IMG/VR virus record: IMGVR_UViG_3300032323_001387
Location: 108,209 to 172,208 of that record
From: a virus
Length of the DNA stretch: 64,000 bases
Reading direction: 5' to 3' (one strand)
The number at the start of each line of letters is the position of its first letter. The stretch's first letter is position 1. A program made the translations under genes and the position numbers. Under the pieces are notes generated by a model, which made no database searches, was not told where the DNA came from, and saw nothing but the letters and a program-made list of their open reading frames with translations. This document shows positions 47,347 through 57,372 of the stretch, in pieces.

Positions 47347-47799
47347 GTGCATCACGATTTAACTGTCTGGTACGGAACAACAACGGAAAAGATTTTAGCA
47401 TGGAGAGAACTACGAACCACGCTAGCAGATAAGCAGCCCGAAGAAATTATCGAGGCAGTGGATCAATGGTGGACATTCACACCGTGGGTACGTAAGACTA
47501 TAGATCCATATAAACCCGATACCTGGCCCACTCCATGGGATATGATTAATAAAGGCGAGTTCTGTCGCAGTGCTATTGCATTAGGACAAGCATATACATT
47601 ATGGATGTGTAGTCCCCAACTTAACACTGAGCTTTGGTTAGTGAATAATTTTAGTGAAAAAGATGTTCATTTAGTAGTAGTTATTGATCAGAATACTGTG
47701 CTAAATTATACACTAGGCCACGTGTTGCCCATGGAAGAATGTAACTTTGAGGTCTTGAATAAAGTTACCAAAAGTGAACTCAATCACATTAAAATATAA
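47347..47799 (+). CDS. hypothetical protein, possible transglutaminase-like cysteine protease
   Basis: WPTPWD...FC...HLVVV...VLN pattern. Confidence 0.4.
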   Translation: MHHDLTVWYGTTTEKILAWRELRTTLADKQPEEIIEAVDQWWTFTPWVRKTIDPYKPDTWPTPWDMINKGEFCRSAIALGQAYTLWMCSPQLNTELWLVNNFSEKDVHLVVVIDQNTVLNYTLGHVLPMEECNFEVLNKVTKSELNHIKI

Positions 47800-47877
47800 T
47801 AAAATAACCTGTAACAGAAGTTAAATAGACTACTAAGAATTAAAAGCAGTACAAGAAGAGAAAAGGAAATTACATAC

Positions 47878-50220
47878 ATGATAACATCCAACAAGCCCAT
47901 TACGGTTTTAAAGCGAAGCGGAGATTACGAAGAACTACACATAGAAAAATGGCAAGCGCAAGTAGCTAAAATTTGTAAAGGCATAGCTGATGTTAGCCAA
48001 TCAATGATTGAGATCAAAGCACAACCACATTTTTATGATGGTATTACTACTCGCGAAATTGATGAGATTACATTACGTGCCATTGTCAACCTTATTGACG
48101 TTGAAGCAAATCCAGACATTGGCAATATTAACTATCAATTCGTAGCAGGCAAACAGCGCATTAGTATGTTGCGTAAAGACGTATACGGTTCATACAAGCC
48201 TCCGCACCTTTATGACATTGTGTTAAAGAATGTCAGCGTGGGATTATACACACCTGAGCTTCTACAGTGGTATACAGCAGAAGATTGGGACAAGATGAAT
48301 GCCATGCTGGATCATGAAAAAGATGAACAGTATAGTTATGCCGCTATCGAACAACTAATTGAAAAATATCTTGTCAAGAATCGTAGCACTAAGGAAATTT
48401 ATGAAACACCACAGATCAGATATATGGTCGCCGCCGCTACTGTGTTCCACAAAGAAGAGCCTAATTCGGCTCGTATGCGCTACATCAAAGAATACTACAA
48501 TGCTGCTAGTGATGGTCTTTTCACTCTCGCTACTCCTGTACTTGCTGGGCTTGGTACTCCGACTAAACAGTTTAGCAGTTGCGTTCTTATCCGTAGTGAT
48601 GACGATCTCGATTCTATATTTGCTAGTGGTGAAATGATGGCCAAGTATGCCAGCAAGCGAGCTGGTATTGGTTTAGAAATTGGTCGCTTACGTCCACTAG
48701 GTAGTCCTATACGTGGCGGCGAGATCATGCACACAGGCATGATACCCTTCTTGAAGAAGTGGTTTGGAGATCTGCGTAGTTGCAGTCAAGGAGGCATTCG
48801 TAATGCTAGTGCTACAGTTTTTTATCCTATTTGGCATCATCAGTTTGATGATCTTATCGTCCTTAAGAACAACCAAGGAACAGAAGAAACCCGAGTCCGT
48901 CATATGGATTATGGGGTTGTGCTTAGTGCCTTCTTCTTCCGACGATTTAAAAACAAAGAAAACATAACATTCTTTGATCCTAATGAAGTACCCGACTTGT
49001 ACGAAGCTTTCTATTCAAACACTAGTTTGTTTGAAGAACTATATGTAAAATATGAAAATACTACAGGTCTTCGTAAGAAGACTATGAGTGCCGAAGAAGT
49101 ATTCAAGAGTGGTATTCTAAAAGAACGTACAGACACTGGGCGCATCTATCTAGTGTTTATTGACAACGTGATGAATCAAGGTCCTTTCGATCCTGAATAT
49201 CATACCATTTACCAGAGTAACCTTTGCTGTGAAATCTTATTACCTACTAAGTCTTTTAAACGTCTTGATGATCCCGATGGTCGTATCGCTTTATGTACAC
49301 TTGGTAGCATCAACTGGGGAGCTTTCCGCAATCCAGAAGATATGCGTAGGGCTTGCCGTATTCTTCACCGCAGCCTTAACAATATTCTCGATTACCAAGA
49401 TTTTCTTTCTATACAGTCTAAGTTAAGCAACGAAGAAATTCGCCCGTTGGGCATTGGAGTAACTAACTTAGCTTACTGGCATGCCAAGCGTGGTATGAAG
49501 TACGGTGAAAAAGACTCATTGAATGAAGTTAAATCATGGAGCGAACATCAAGCTTATTACTTAACTGAAGCTAGCGTTGAGCTAGCCAAAGAGCGAGGCA
49601 AATGTTTGGACAGTGATAGAACAAGATATGGACAAGGTATTTTCCCTTGGGAACGTCGCACCGAAGGTGTAAACGAATTGGCAAACTTTGTTCCTGAATT
49701 AGATTGGGAACCATTACGTGAACAAATGAAAATCTATGGTGTTCGTAATGCAACACTAATGGCTATTGCCCCTGTCGAGTCTAGCAGTGTTGTTATTAAT
49801 TCAACTAATGGTATCGAAATGCCAATGAGTTTAATCAGTACTAAGGAAAGTAAAGCGGGATCATTTACACAGGTAGTACCCGAGTATCACAAGTTAAAGA
49901 ACAAGTATCAACTAATGTGGGATCAAAAGGATTGTATTGGCTATATTAAGACTGCGGCAGTATTGGCAGCATATACCGATCAAAGTATTAGTACGAACAC
50001 ATTCTATAATCCTGCACATTTCTCTGATAGAAAAGTTCCTACTACTTTAATTGCCAAGAATTTGATGTTGGCACACCACTGGGGATTGAAGACATTCTAT
50101 TATAGCTTGATTAACAAAGCAGGAAGTAAAGCAGTAGAAGAACAACCTGATAATGTTATCAGTTTAAATTTTAATCAACAAGATGATTTTGAAGATGATT
50201 GCGAGGCATGTAAATTATGA
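47878..50220 (+). CDS. nrdA: ribonucleotide reductase class Ia alpha subunit
   Basis: N-terminal ATP-cone-like; SSC, SNLCCEI, APVESSS, KTFYY, C-terminal CEAC. Confidence 0.97.
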   Translation: MITSNKPITVLKRSGDYEELHIEKWQAQVAKICKGIADVSQSMIEIKAQPHFYDGITTREIDEITLRAIVNLIDVEANPDIGNINYQFVAGKQRISMLRKDVYGSYKPPHLYDIVLKNVSVGLYTPELLQWYTAEDWDKMNAMLDHEKDEQYSYAAIEQLIEKYLVKNRSTKEIYETPQIRYMVAAATVFHKEEPNSARMRYIKEYYNAASDGLFTLATPVLAGLGTPTKQFSSCVLIRSDDDLDSIFASGEMMAKYASKRAGIGLEIGRLRPLGSPIRGGEIMHTGMIPFLKKWFGDLRSCSQGGIRNASATVFYPIWHHQFDDLIVLKNNQGTEETRVRHMDYGVVLSAFFFRRFKNKENITFFDPNEVPDLYEAFYSNTSLFEELYVKYENTTGLRKKTMSAEEVFKSGILKERTDTGRIYLVFIDNVMNQGPFDPEYHTIYQSNLCCEILLPTKSFKRLDDPDGRIALCTLGSINWGAFRNPEDMRRACRILHRSLNNILDYQDFLSIQSKLSNEEIRPLGIGVTNLAYWHAKRGMKYGEKDSLNEVKSWSEHQAYYLTEASVELAKERGKCLDSDRTRYGQGIFPWERRTEGVNELANFVPELDWEPLREQMKIYGVRNATLMAIAPVESSSVVINSTNGIEMPMSLISTKESKAGSFTQVVPEYHKLKNKYQLMWDQKDCIGYIKTAAVLAAYTDQSISTNTFYNPAHFSDRKVPTTLIAKNLMLAHHWGLKTFYYSLINKAGSKAVEEQPDNVISLNFNQQDDFEDDCEACKL

Positions 50221-51317
50221 GCACACAACAATATAACCTAACAACTAAAACAGATTATTTGAATCGTAAAATGTTTTTGGACCCAGAAGGCCCGGTAACT
50301 ATTCAAAGGTTTGAAGAAGTAAAATATAAAAAAGTCGCAGACTTTGAAACTACAGCACGTGGTTTCTTTTGGGTGCCAGAAGAAATTAGTTTGACCAAAG
50401 ATGCAAATGATTTTAAAGATGCCAGTGACGCAGTTAAGCATATTTTTACCAGTAACTTGCTAAGACAAACAGCACTTGATAGTTTGCAAGGGCGCGGACC
50501 TAGCCAAGTGTTTTCGCCTGTGGTATCGTTGCCTGAACTAGAAGCATTGATTTATAACTGGAGTTTCTTTGAAACAAACATTCACAGTCGCAGTTACAGC
50601 CATATCATTCGTAATATCTACAACGTGCCCAAGGAAGTGTTTAACACTATTCACGACACCAAAGAGATTGTAGACATGGCCAGTAGTGTTGGTCGTTATT
50701 ACGATGCACTGCACAAAATTAATTGCTTAAAAGAGGTCGGCGGTGAAGTCAATGAAAGCGAACACATCAAAGCAATTTGGTTAGCACTAAACGCCAGCTA
50801 TGCGTTAGAGGCGTTCCGCTTTATGGTATCATTTGCTACAAGTCTTGCTATGGTGGAGAATAAAATCTTTATCGGTAATGGCAACATCATTAGCTTGATT
50901 CTACAAGACGAGCTGCTACACAAAGGATGGACTGCTTTCTTAATTAACCAAGTGGTCAAAGAAGACGCTCGCTTTGCACAGGCTAAAATCGAATGTGAAG
51001 CCGAGGTATACCAAATGTACGTGGAAGTTATCCGTGAAGAAAAAGACTGGGCAGATTATTTGTTTAAAATGGGTCCGGTTATTGGACTTAACGCAAACAT
51101 TTTAAAGGACTTTGTTGACTATACAGCAGTCAATGCTTTAAAGGAAATAGGCATTAAATATCAAAGTACTGCACCAAAGAGTACTCCTATTCCTTGGTTT
51201 AACAAACACAGCGACACAAGTAAGAAACAAACAGCGTTACAGGAAAGTGAAAGCACTAATTATGTTATTGGTGTGATGAGTGAAAATATTGACTATGATG
51301 CATTACCTGCGCTATAA
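50217..51317 (+). CDS. nrdB: ribonucleotide reductase class Ia beta subunit
   Basis: FW.PEEI, D, E..HSRSY, LE..RF, DE.LH. Confidence 0.97.
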   Translation: MSTQQYNLTTKTDYLNRKMFLDPEGPVTIQRFEEVKYKKVADFETTARGFFWVPEEISLTKDANDFKDASDAVKHIFTSNLLRQTALDSLQGRGPSQVFSPVVSLPELEALIYNWSFFETNIHSRSYSHIIRNIYNVPKEVFNTIHDTKEIVDMASSVGRYYDALHKINCLKEVGGEVNESEHIKAIWLALNASYALEAFRFMVSFATSLAMVENKIFIGNGNIISLILQDELLHKGWTAFLINQVVKEDARFAQAKIECEAEVYQMYVEVIREEKDWADYLFKMGPVIGLNANILKDFVDYTAVNALKEIGIKYQSTAPKSTPIPWFNKHSDTSKKQTALQESESTNYVIGVMSENIDYDALPAL

Positions 51318-51323
51318 TATATC

Positions 51324-51761
51324 ATGAAAATAAACGAAGTAACAGACACTAATACTACACATATCGACGATAATTGGTTCGATCAAGCCACTATACGAGT
51401 TGCCAAAAAAGCAAATCCTATAAATTACAAAAGAGCCATTGAATCTGGTAGTATCGAAACCTTAGAAGGCCCGGTGAGCTATCAAGCTGGCTATTATATT
51501 ATTACAGGACCAAAAGGAGAGCAGTATCCTGTTCCCCCTGCTAAGTTCAATGAATTATATAATGACAATAAAGATAACACAGCGACACCTAAGAAAATTA
51601 TTAAAGTTGCAAAGCTCGCTGACCATAATGGGGTTGTGAATACTAGTTGGGGAGAACCATTAAATTATACAACTGGTAATGATTATATTGTACGTCATGG
51701 CCCCGGAGATTTTGGAGTGGTAAAGAAAGATATCTTTGCAAAGACATACGAAGAGGTTTAA
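51324..51761 (+). CDS. PGDYG-like domain protein with internal duplication
   Basis: TLEG...GE.YP..F..LY and T.WGE...PGDFGVV..DIF.KTY. Confidence 0.7.
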   Translation: MKINEVTDTNTTHIDDNWFDQATIRVAKKANPINYKRAIESGSIETLEGPVSYQAGYYIITGPKGEQYPVPPAKFNELYNDNKDNTATPKKIIKVAKLADHNGVVNTSWGEPLNYTTGNDYIVRHGPGDFGVVKKDIFAKTYEEV

Positions 51762-51762
51762 T

Positions 51763-51921
51763 ATGCAAGTAAGAGTAAAAGAAAATCCAGAAGAATTTGG
51801 AACATGCGGTTGCGGTAGAAGCCCGACTGGTCATTGTAACGGCTGGCACGGCCTAACTGAAGAACAGTATCAACTTGAATTAGAAAAATACGAAGCAAGT
51901 TTATTTGGGGACGAAGAATGA
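51763..51921 (+). CDS. CDGSH-type iron-sulfur mini-protein
   Basis: CGCGRSPTGHCNGWH. Confidence 0.6.
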   Translation: MQVRVKENPEEFGTCGCGRSPTGHCNGWHGLTEEQYQLELEKYEASLFGDEE

Positions 51922-52157
51922 AAGTAGAAATTTATACAAAGGATGCATGTCCATATTGCGTACAAGCAAAGAATTTAATGAAAAGTAAAGGCTGGGAATT
52001 TACTGAACATTACATCAGCGCAGAAACAAGAGAAACATTGTTAGAACAACTAACAACAAGATTAGGCACACCCCCACGCACAGTGCCTCAAATCTTTATC
52101 GACGATCAGGCCATTGGTGGTTATACTGATCTAGTTCAGTGGGTGAAAAGCAATTAA
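51918..52157 (+). CDS. glutaredoxin
   Basis: CPYC, TVPQIFI, IGGY.DL. Confidence 0.95.
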   Translation: MKVEIYTKDACPYCVQAKNLMKSKGWEFTEHYISAETRETLLEQLTTRLGTPPRTVPQIFIDDQAIGGYTDLVQWVKSN

Positions 52158-52158
52158 T

Positions 52159-52467
52159 ATGTTAAAAGAAAATAGAATCGGTCATACCGTAAGTATGAAA
52201 TTAACCAGCGGCGACGAAGTTGTTGGTAAAGTAGCTGGCCAAACAGCAGAAGGTCTTACTATCAGTAAGCCTGTTATTCTTGCTGCCAGCAGAGATGGAC
52301 TACAAATGGTTCCTTTTATGATGACAGCCAGTCCCGACGGCGACTTTTTGTTTAAAGCGCACAATATCATGTGTGTTGCTACAACAGCCGATCAAGTAGC
52401 AGATGCTTATTTAGAAAGCACAACTGGCATTAAGCCAGTTAGAAATTCTAGCAGTATTATAGTTTAA
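52159..52467 (+). CDS. small Sm-like fold hypothetical protein
   Basis: S.KL.SGDEVVGK pattern. Confidence 0.5.
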   Translation: MLKENRIGHTVSMKLTSGDEVVGKVAGQTAEGLTISKPVILAASRDGLQMVPFMMTASPDGDFLFKAHNIMCVATTADQVADAYLESTTGIKPVRNSSSIIV

Positions 52468-52468
52468 T

Positions 52469-52744
52469 ATGCCACAAGTACACCGATTAACTGATGACAA
52501 TACAGCTGGCGCACCTATAATAAGAACGGTGCAAAATACAGTATACGCAAATAATCTGTTAGTCGGTGTAGACGGTAGTCCGGTAGAAGGCCACGGCCCT
52601 GGAGTTCATGGTAGCCCGTTAACTGCGAATGGATCCACTGACGTGTTCATTGAAAATATCCCTGTTAATAGAAAAGGCGATCCTGATACCTGCGGTCACC
52701 CTAGAAATATAGGCAGTCCTGACGTTTATGTCAATGGTGATTAA
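52469..52744 (+). CDS. PAAR-like spike tip protein (gp5.4-like)
   Basis: VHRL.D, GS.DVFIE.IPV.R.GD...CGH...GS.DV. Confidence 0.85.
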   Translation: MPQVHRLTDDNTAGAPIIRTVQNTVYANNLLVGVDGSPVEGHGPGVHGSPLTANGSTDVFIENIPVNRKGDPDTCGHPRNIGSPDVYVNGD

Positions 52745-52763
52745 ATACTAGGTAAATACTAGT

Positions 52764-55613
52764 ATGGCAACATTACCAATTAACACCAACCCATTAAAAG
52801 TTACATTTCCGGCAAACTTGCCAAGAAACGAAAAAGATCTTATATGTATGCTCCTTGCCGGGCGTCTTAAGGATCTCTGGCGTGGTAGATTAGTCTGTGT
52901 CCAGCTAGCTATAGATGATTTAATTAAAGATGTTACCGGCGTATCCGGTTTAGGTGCTCTGCGTGATAGTTTAATTAACGTTAAATCATCATTGAATGAT
53001 ATGCGACGAGCCAGCGGATATGATAAGATTTTAGGCAAAGTTAATTCAGCTCTGGGGCAAGTAAATCAAGTTTTTAGTCTAGGAGGCCTGTGCCCGAGCC
53101 CAGTTCAAGCACCTAGGATTCCTGATATTCTTTCAACACTAAATCAAAATTTATTTGGTCAAGCAAACGGCATTCTTAATGCATTGGCGCAAGCAAGCAA
53201 TCCTAAAGTTTGTCTAGGTGGTGGCCCAAAAGGTTTTAGTTTAGACTGGAGAAAAGTAACTGGTGATTTAAAATTATTAAAAGGCGCAATCAGTCAATTC
53301 AAACGAGACCCTGCTGGATTTACGGGTGTAATGGCTGGCTTCGAACAAAATTTAAAGAATCAAGCTAAACGTTTAAACTCTGAAATTACAAGATTAGAAA
53401 AAAATCTAACTGATCCACTTGGCATAAATGATTCTAAAAATACAGTAGGCGCGATCAGGCGTGTTAAATCAATCAGTGACGACTATGCTGTAAAAGATAG
53501 AAACGGCATTGAATATAAGAATCCAACCAGGATGATGATACCTGCAGAGGTAGATTACGTATTAGACAGAAACGAACCAATATACACATCGCCTATAAAA
53601 TATGTTACTACACCGATATTAGATTATTGTGGTAATATAATAGGTTACGAAAAGAAAGTCATAACTGGTGATCCAACTTATGCAGGATGGGACCCTAACA
53701 ACGATTCAGTTAATACTAATACTCCTACAGAAAATCCAGTTGCGACTACAAGGCAATATGATTTTACATTTATTGAGGAAAATGGAACAATTAATGTTTA
53801 TGATGATACTAATAAAATAGTGCCAACCATAGAATTAATTCGTGGTAAACATTACCGATTTGGCTTAAAGCTAACTACTAAAAAGATTAAAATTTACAAA
53901 GAAGATAAGTCGGTATGGTCTGCTGGATTAACTTTAACTAAAGAACCTGATTATGGTAAAGGACTTGAGATAGTTGCTGTGGACGCAACTTCTAATCTAT
54001 TTGGTGTTGAATTTGATTGGGCAGTTAGTATAGAAAATCCAACTACACCAAATAGATTGTATTGGGCTGTTGATTCTAATCTTGTAGGAACTATTAATAT
54101 TTCTGGTATTACAGAAATTCCAGAATCAGACAAGACATATGATATATCAATGGCGGCCAAAAAAGCATGGATGCATTTATATAAAAAGACAGTTAGTATT
54201 CCCACAGGCGGCTCAATAAGTCATGAAGAAACGTATGTTAAAAGAAGATATAATATGTCTGCAAATATTATTGCGCCCAGCGGAGCCTGGTCAAAGTCTG
54301 CAATATTAACATACGGTCCGGGATATACAGTATTAGACGATGACGAAACAATCGACGATAATGGCGATATTGTAGCAGGTAATAAGATTTCAAGATGGGT
54401 GCTTCAACTATCTACGGCACCAATAAGATATCTTGTTATTAAAAAATATTACAATGAAACTTCGGGGATGAAAATAAATCAAGTATCTTGTTATATTTCA
54501 GATTCGTTGTTGCCCGATCCTGATTATTTTGAATCCCTTGCATGTCTAATTTATGATGAACCTATAGAAGTATTAAATGATATAACATTACCCTATACGG
54601 ACTTCAATGAATACAAATTAGCATTGCTGACTAATGGAAGCTTGCCGACCGATGGCAAATTAACAAACAGCGATGAATTTAAAATTGAATTATTAACAGA
54701 AGGTAGTAACAAGTTCTTTATCATAAATCTCACTACAAACCGTGAAAATTCTATAAGCAGTTTGCCTGTAAATGAATTCGTTTATACTAGCAAAATTAAA
54801 TTTGATCCAACTGATTATAGCAGAAACTTTGTCAACTCTGATCCACGCGAAGAACGAAATTATGTGTATTTTAAGGGCGACAATGGATTTAAAGTTGAAT
54901 GTACAATTGAATACATTGATGATGCCGGTAATCCTCCGCCTCCGCCTCCTCCACCCCCACCCCCACCCCCTCCACCACCTCCTCCACCACCACCTCCTGG
55001 TGATGGCGTCTGGTATTTTAACGGAACTGCCTGTATATTTTCTCCGGGCGGATTCGTCCCAGGACCCGGAGCAACATATTCGAGCCAGGCCGCCTGTCAG
55101 GCTGCAAACAACGGCGATGGAAGATTTGGTCCGACTCCCGGCATGCTTTACGGAAGAGATTATTATACCTATAACAGTCCTGAACCAAATACGCAGCCAG
55201 AGTATATAGATTTAAGAAACAAAAACCCAATTAAGGTTACCTATGAACCACTTGAAATGGGTAAAGGGGTAGGCTACGAGTGGAATGTTGATGGTAAAGT
55301 ATTCAGTACTGGAATATTTTACACTCAGGCATTGACACTGCCCAGACACTGGGCCTACGGTAATTTATCATCGACGCAACAAAATGCCTTACGAACAGAA
55401 TATATAAACAGTTTCAATCCGCCATTGGATGTTATTATTAGTGTTGGCAATTGGGATTCTCCGAACAGTATTCCGGGTTCATTCTGGATTAATTTCTTAG
55501 CAACTAAGGGAATAAAACCAGCAGACGGTACAACACACACATCCACTCACGGTGATCTATACACATGGGTTGGCGAAAGTTGGCAGTTAACAACACCTTG
55601 GACTAGGTCTTAA
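52764..55613 (+). CDS. large putative structural protein with 22-Pro linker
   Basis: 949 aa, late promoter, follows PAAR. Confidence 0.65.
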   Translation: MATLPINTNPLKVTFPANLPRNEKDLICMLLAGRLKDLWRGRLVCVQLAIDDLIKDVTGVSGLGALRDSLINVKSSLNDMRRASGYDKILGKVNSALGQVNQVFSLGGLCPSPVQAPRIPDILSTLNQNLFGQANGILNALAQASNPKVCLGGGPKGFSLDWRKVTGDLKLLKGAISQFKRDPAGFTGVMAGFEQNLKNQAKRLNSEITRLEKNLTDPLGINDSKNTVGAIRRVKSISDDYAVKDRNGIEYKNPTRMMIPAEVDYVLDRNEPIYTSPIKYVTTPILDYCGNIIGYEKKVITGDPTYAGWDPNNDSVNTNTPTENPVATTRQYDFTFIEENGTINVYDDTNKIVPTIELIRGKHYRFGLKLTTKKIKIYKEDKSVWSAGLTLTKEPDYGKGLEIVAVDATSNLFGVEFDWAVSIENPTTPNRLYWAVDSNLVGTINISGITEIPESDKTYDISMAAKKAWMHLYKKTVSIPTGGSISHEETYVKRRYNMSANIIAPSGAWSKSAILTYGPGYTVLDDDETIDDNGDIVAGNKISRWVLQLSTAPIRYLVIKKYYNETSGMKINQVSCYISDSLLPDPDYFESLACLIYDEPIEVLNDITLPYTDFNEYKLALLTNGSLPTDGKLTNSDEFKIELLTEGSNKFFIINLTTNRENSISSLPVNEFVYTSKIKFDPTDYSRNFVNSDPREERNYVYFKGDNGFKVECTIEYIDDAGNPPPPPPPPPPPPPPPPPPPPPPGDGVWYFNGTACIFSPGGFVPGPGATYSSQAACQAANNGDGRFGPTPGMLYGRDYYTYNSPEPNTQPEYIDLRNKNPIKVTYEPLEMGKGVGYEWNVDGKVFSTGIFYTQALTLPRHWAYGNLSSTQQNALRTEYINSFNPPLDVIISVGNWDSPNSIPGSFWINFLATKGIKPADGTTHTSTHGDLYTWVGESWQLTTPWTRS
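54933..54998 (+). repeat. (CCN)22 polyproline tract
   Basis: 22 consecutive Pro codons with mixed third bases. Confidence 0.95.
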
Positions 55614-55685
55614 TAAATTTTTGGTAAACTGATATTTGACATTAATTAAGTTTTCCTTTATACTAGCAAAGTAAAGGAAAATCTT

Positions 55686-56159
55686 ATGCTAAAATCAATA
55701 GCCAAATTCCTTGCCAAAATTGGCAGGCAACGAATCATTTTAGACAGGGAAAGTAATGAACCATATCTCGAACGCTACTACGTTTTTCTTAAAGATAGAA
55801 AGTATTTCCCCTTCAATGTGTTTCTTCACAAATTCCTTAAATCAGATCCCGATGATGTGCATGATCATCCATGGCCTTACGCTACTCTAATCCTTAAAGG
55901 CGGATACTGGGAATGGGTCCCGCAGTTTAACAGCGAAGGTCTAAAAGTCGGCGAGATTGCAAAGTGGAGAGCTCCTGGGCATTTCCGTATTTGTAGTCCT
56001 ACTAGTTATCATAGAATTGAACTGGATCCCGAAGTAGAATGTTGGACACTGTTCATGCCAGGCCCGCAAAAACGTGAATGGGGATTTTTAGTTAATAACA
56101 AATGGATACATAACGATGAATATATCAAACAGAGAACTGCCAAAGCTAATCACAGTTGA
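55686..56159 (+). CDS. cupin-like protein
   Basis: HDHPW...LKGGY.E...HRIEL. Confidence 0.6.
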   Translation: MLKSIAKFLAKIGRQRIILDRESNEPYLERYYVFLKDRKYFPFNVFLHKFLKSDPDDVHDHPWPYATLILKGGYWEWVPQFNSEGLKVGEIAKWRAPGHFRICSPTSYHRIELDPEVECWTLFMPGPQKREWGFLVNNKWIHNDEYIKQRTAKANHS

Positions 56160-56322
56160 AAAAAATTCTATATGGGCATCTCTCGATAAAACGTTTAAAG
56201 TAACGGATGTCATTGAATCTGATACTGGAATATGGGTTCATTATTTTAATATAAAAACTAATCAAACATATAACTGTTTGATTGATGCATTTAAATCTAG
56301 ATTTACTAAGGACATAGGATGA
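56116..56322 (+). CDS. hypothetical protein
   Basis: 68 aa filling operon gap. Confidence 0.45.
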   Translation: MNISNRELPKLITVEKNSIWASLDKTFKVTDVIESDTGIWVHYFNIKTNQTYNCLIDAFKSRFTKDIG

Positions 56323-56627
56323 CTAATAACATATTGTTACAACCACCAAACACTGAGTGGACTGAAGAACAATGGACTACTTTTCGTGATTGGATTGTTA
56401 GTCATCTTCGAGCAGGCCCAGTTACAGTTACATTCAATAAAAAAGATGGCGCCGAAAGAGTAATGACATGCAGCCTACAACCAGAGCTATTGCCACCTGC
56501 CCCAATTAAAGAATCAACAACTACTAAAAAAGAAAATCCCAATATCATCAGTGTGTATGATTTGGAAGCACAGGGATGGCGCAGTTTTATTGTCAAGAAT
56601 GTAACTAATGTTACACTTAAATTATGA
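56319..56627 (+). CDS. WYL_2/SH3-like small protein
   Basis: VTFNKKDG.ER.M.C.L ... VYDLE..GWRSF. Confidence 0.65.
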   Translation: MTNNILLQPPNTEWTEEQWTTFRDWIVSHLRAGPVTVTFNKKDGAERVMTCSLQPELLPPAPIKESTTTKKENPNIISVYDLEAQGWRSFIVKNVTNVTLKL

Positions 56628-57061
56628 AAAGATATTATTTTGCCTATGGCATGAACACAAATATTGCTGAAATGTCAATGCGCTGTCCTAAAGCAATCAA
56701 TTTAGGTCGTTGTACATTGCAAGGATTTGAACTAAAGTTTAGGCATCATGCTGATATAGACGCTAACATTAACAGTGAAATGGAAGGTGTACTTTGGGAC
56801 ATAACTCCTGACTGTGAACGCTCATTGGATCAATTAGAAGGGTATCCTTATTACTATGACAAAGTTGATGTAATAGTTATTCCAGCTAATCCTGTTAATG
56901 GAAATAGATATATCCGTGCCATGGCCTATACTATGACCAGCAAAGGTCCGGAAGAAGCACCTAGCGTTGGTTACGAACAATGTTTAATCGAAGGCTATAC
57001 AGCGAACGGATTGAATGTTGATAAGTTGACAGAAAAAATTGATTCCACTATAATTGCGTAA
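56624..57061 (+). CDS. gamma-glutamylcyclotransferase (GGCT/AIG2-like)
   Basis: YFAYG.N, GVLW, LD.LEG.P..Y. Confidence 0.85.
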   Translation: MKRYYFAYGMNTNIAEMSMRCPKAINLGRCTLQGFELKFRHHADIDANINSEMEGVLWDITPDCERSLDQLEGYPYYYDKVDVIVIPANPVNGNRYIRAMAYTMTSKGPEEAPSVGYEQCLIEGYTANGLNVDKLTEKIDSTIIA

Positions 57062-57372
57062 TGTATAAACAAGACAGCATTCGTCAAATCGTATCGGATT
57101 ATAAGATAACGATTGTCAACCAACGAATGGACCGCAGGTTTAGTCATCCATATTCTTATTCTTATAAGAATATTACAAATGTATACGATCAATACGATCC
57201 TATATCTTTTCAAGAAGAGCTTGTTCCTATAATCACTGTCGAAATGCCGGAAAAAGAATTTACAGCAATGGCAGACGCATTATGTGAAATGACAGACTTA
57301 ATGCGCGATCCAGAAACAGCTAGATTGTTAATGGAAGCAAGATTTATAAATAGACTAAAAGGAAGTTTTTAA
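57061..57372 (+). CDS. hypothetical protein
   Basis: 103 aa, coupled. Confidence 0.5.
   Translation: MYKQDSIRQIVSDYKITIVNQRMDRRFSHPYSYSYKNITNVYDQYDPISFQEELVPIITVEMPEKEFTAMADALCEMTDLMRDPETARLLMEARFINRLKGSF

Noticed and set aside
20406-51317. Introns or inteins in terminase, uvsX, helicase or nrdAB
   Set aside because: Uninterrupted ORFs of normal length with no intein motifs noticed
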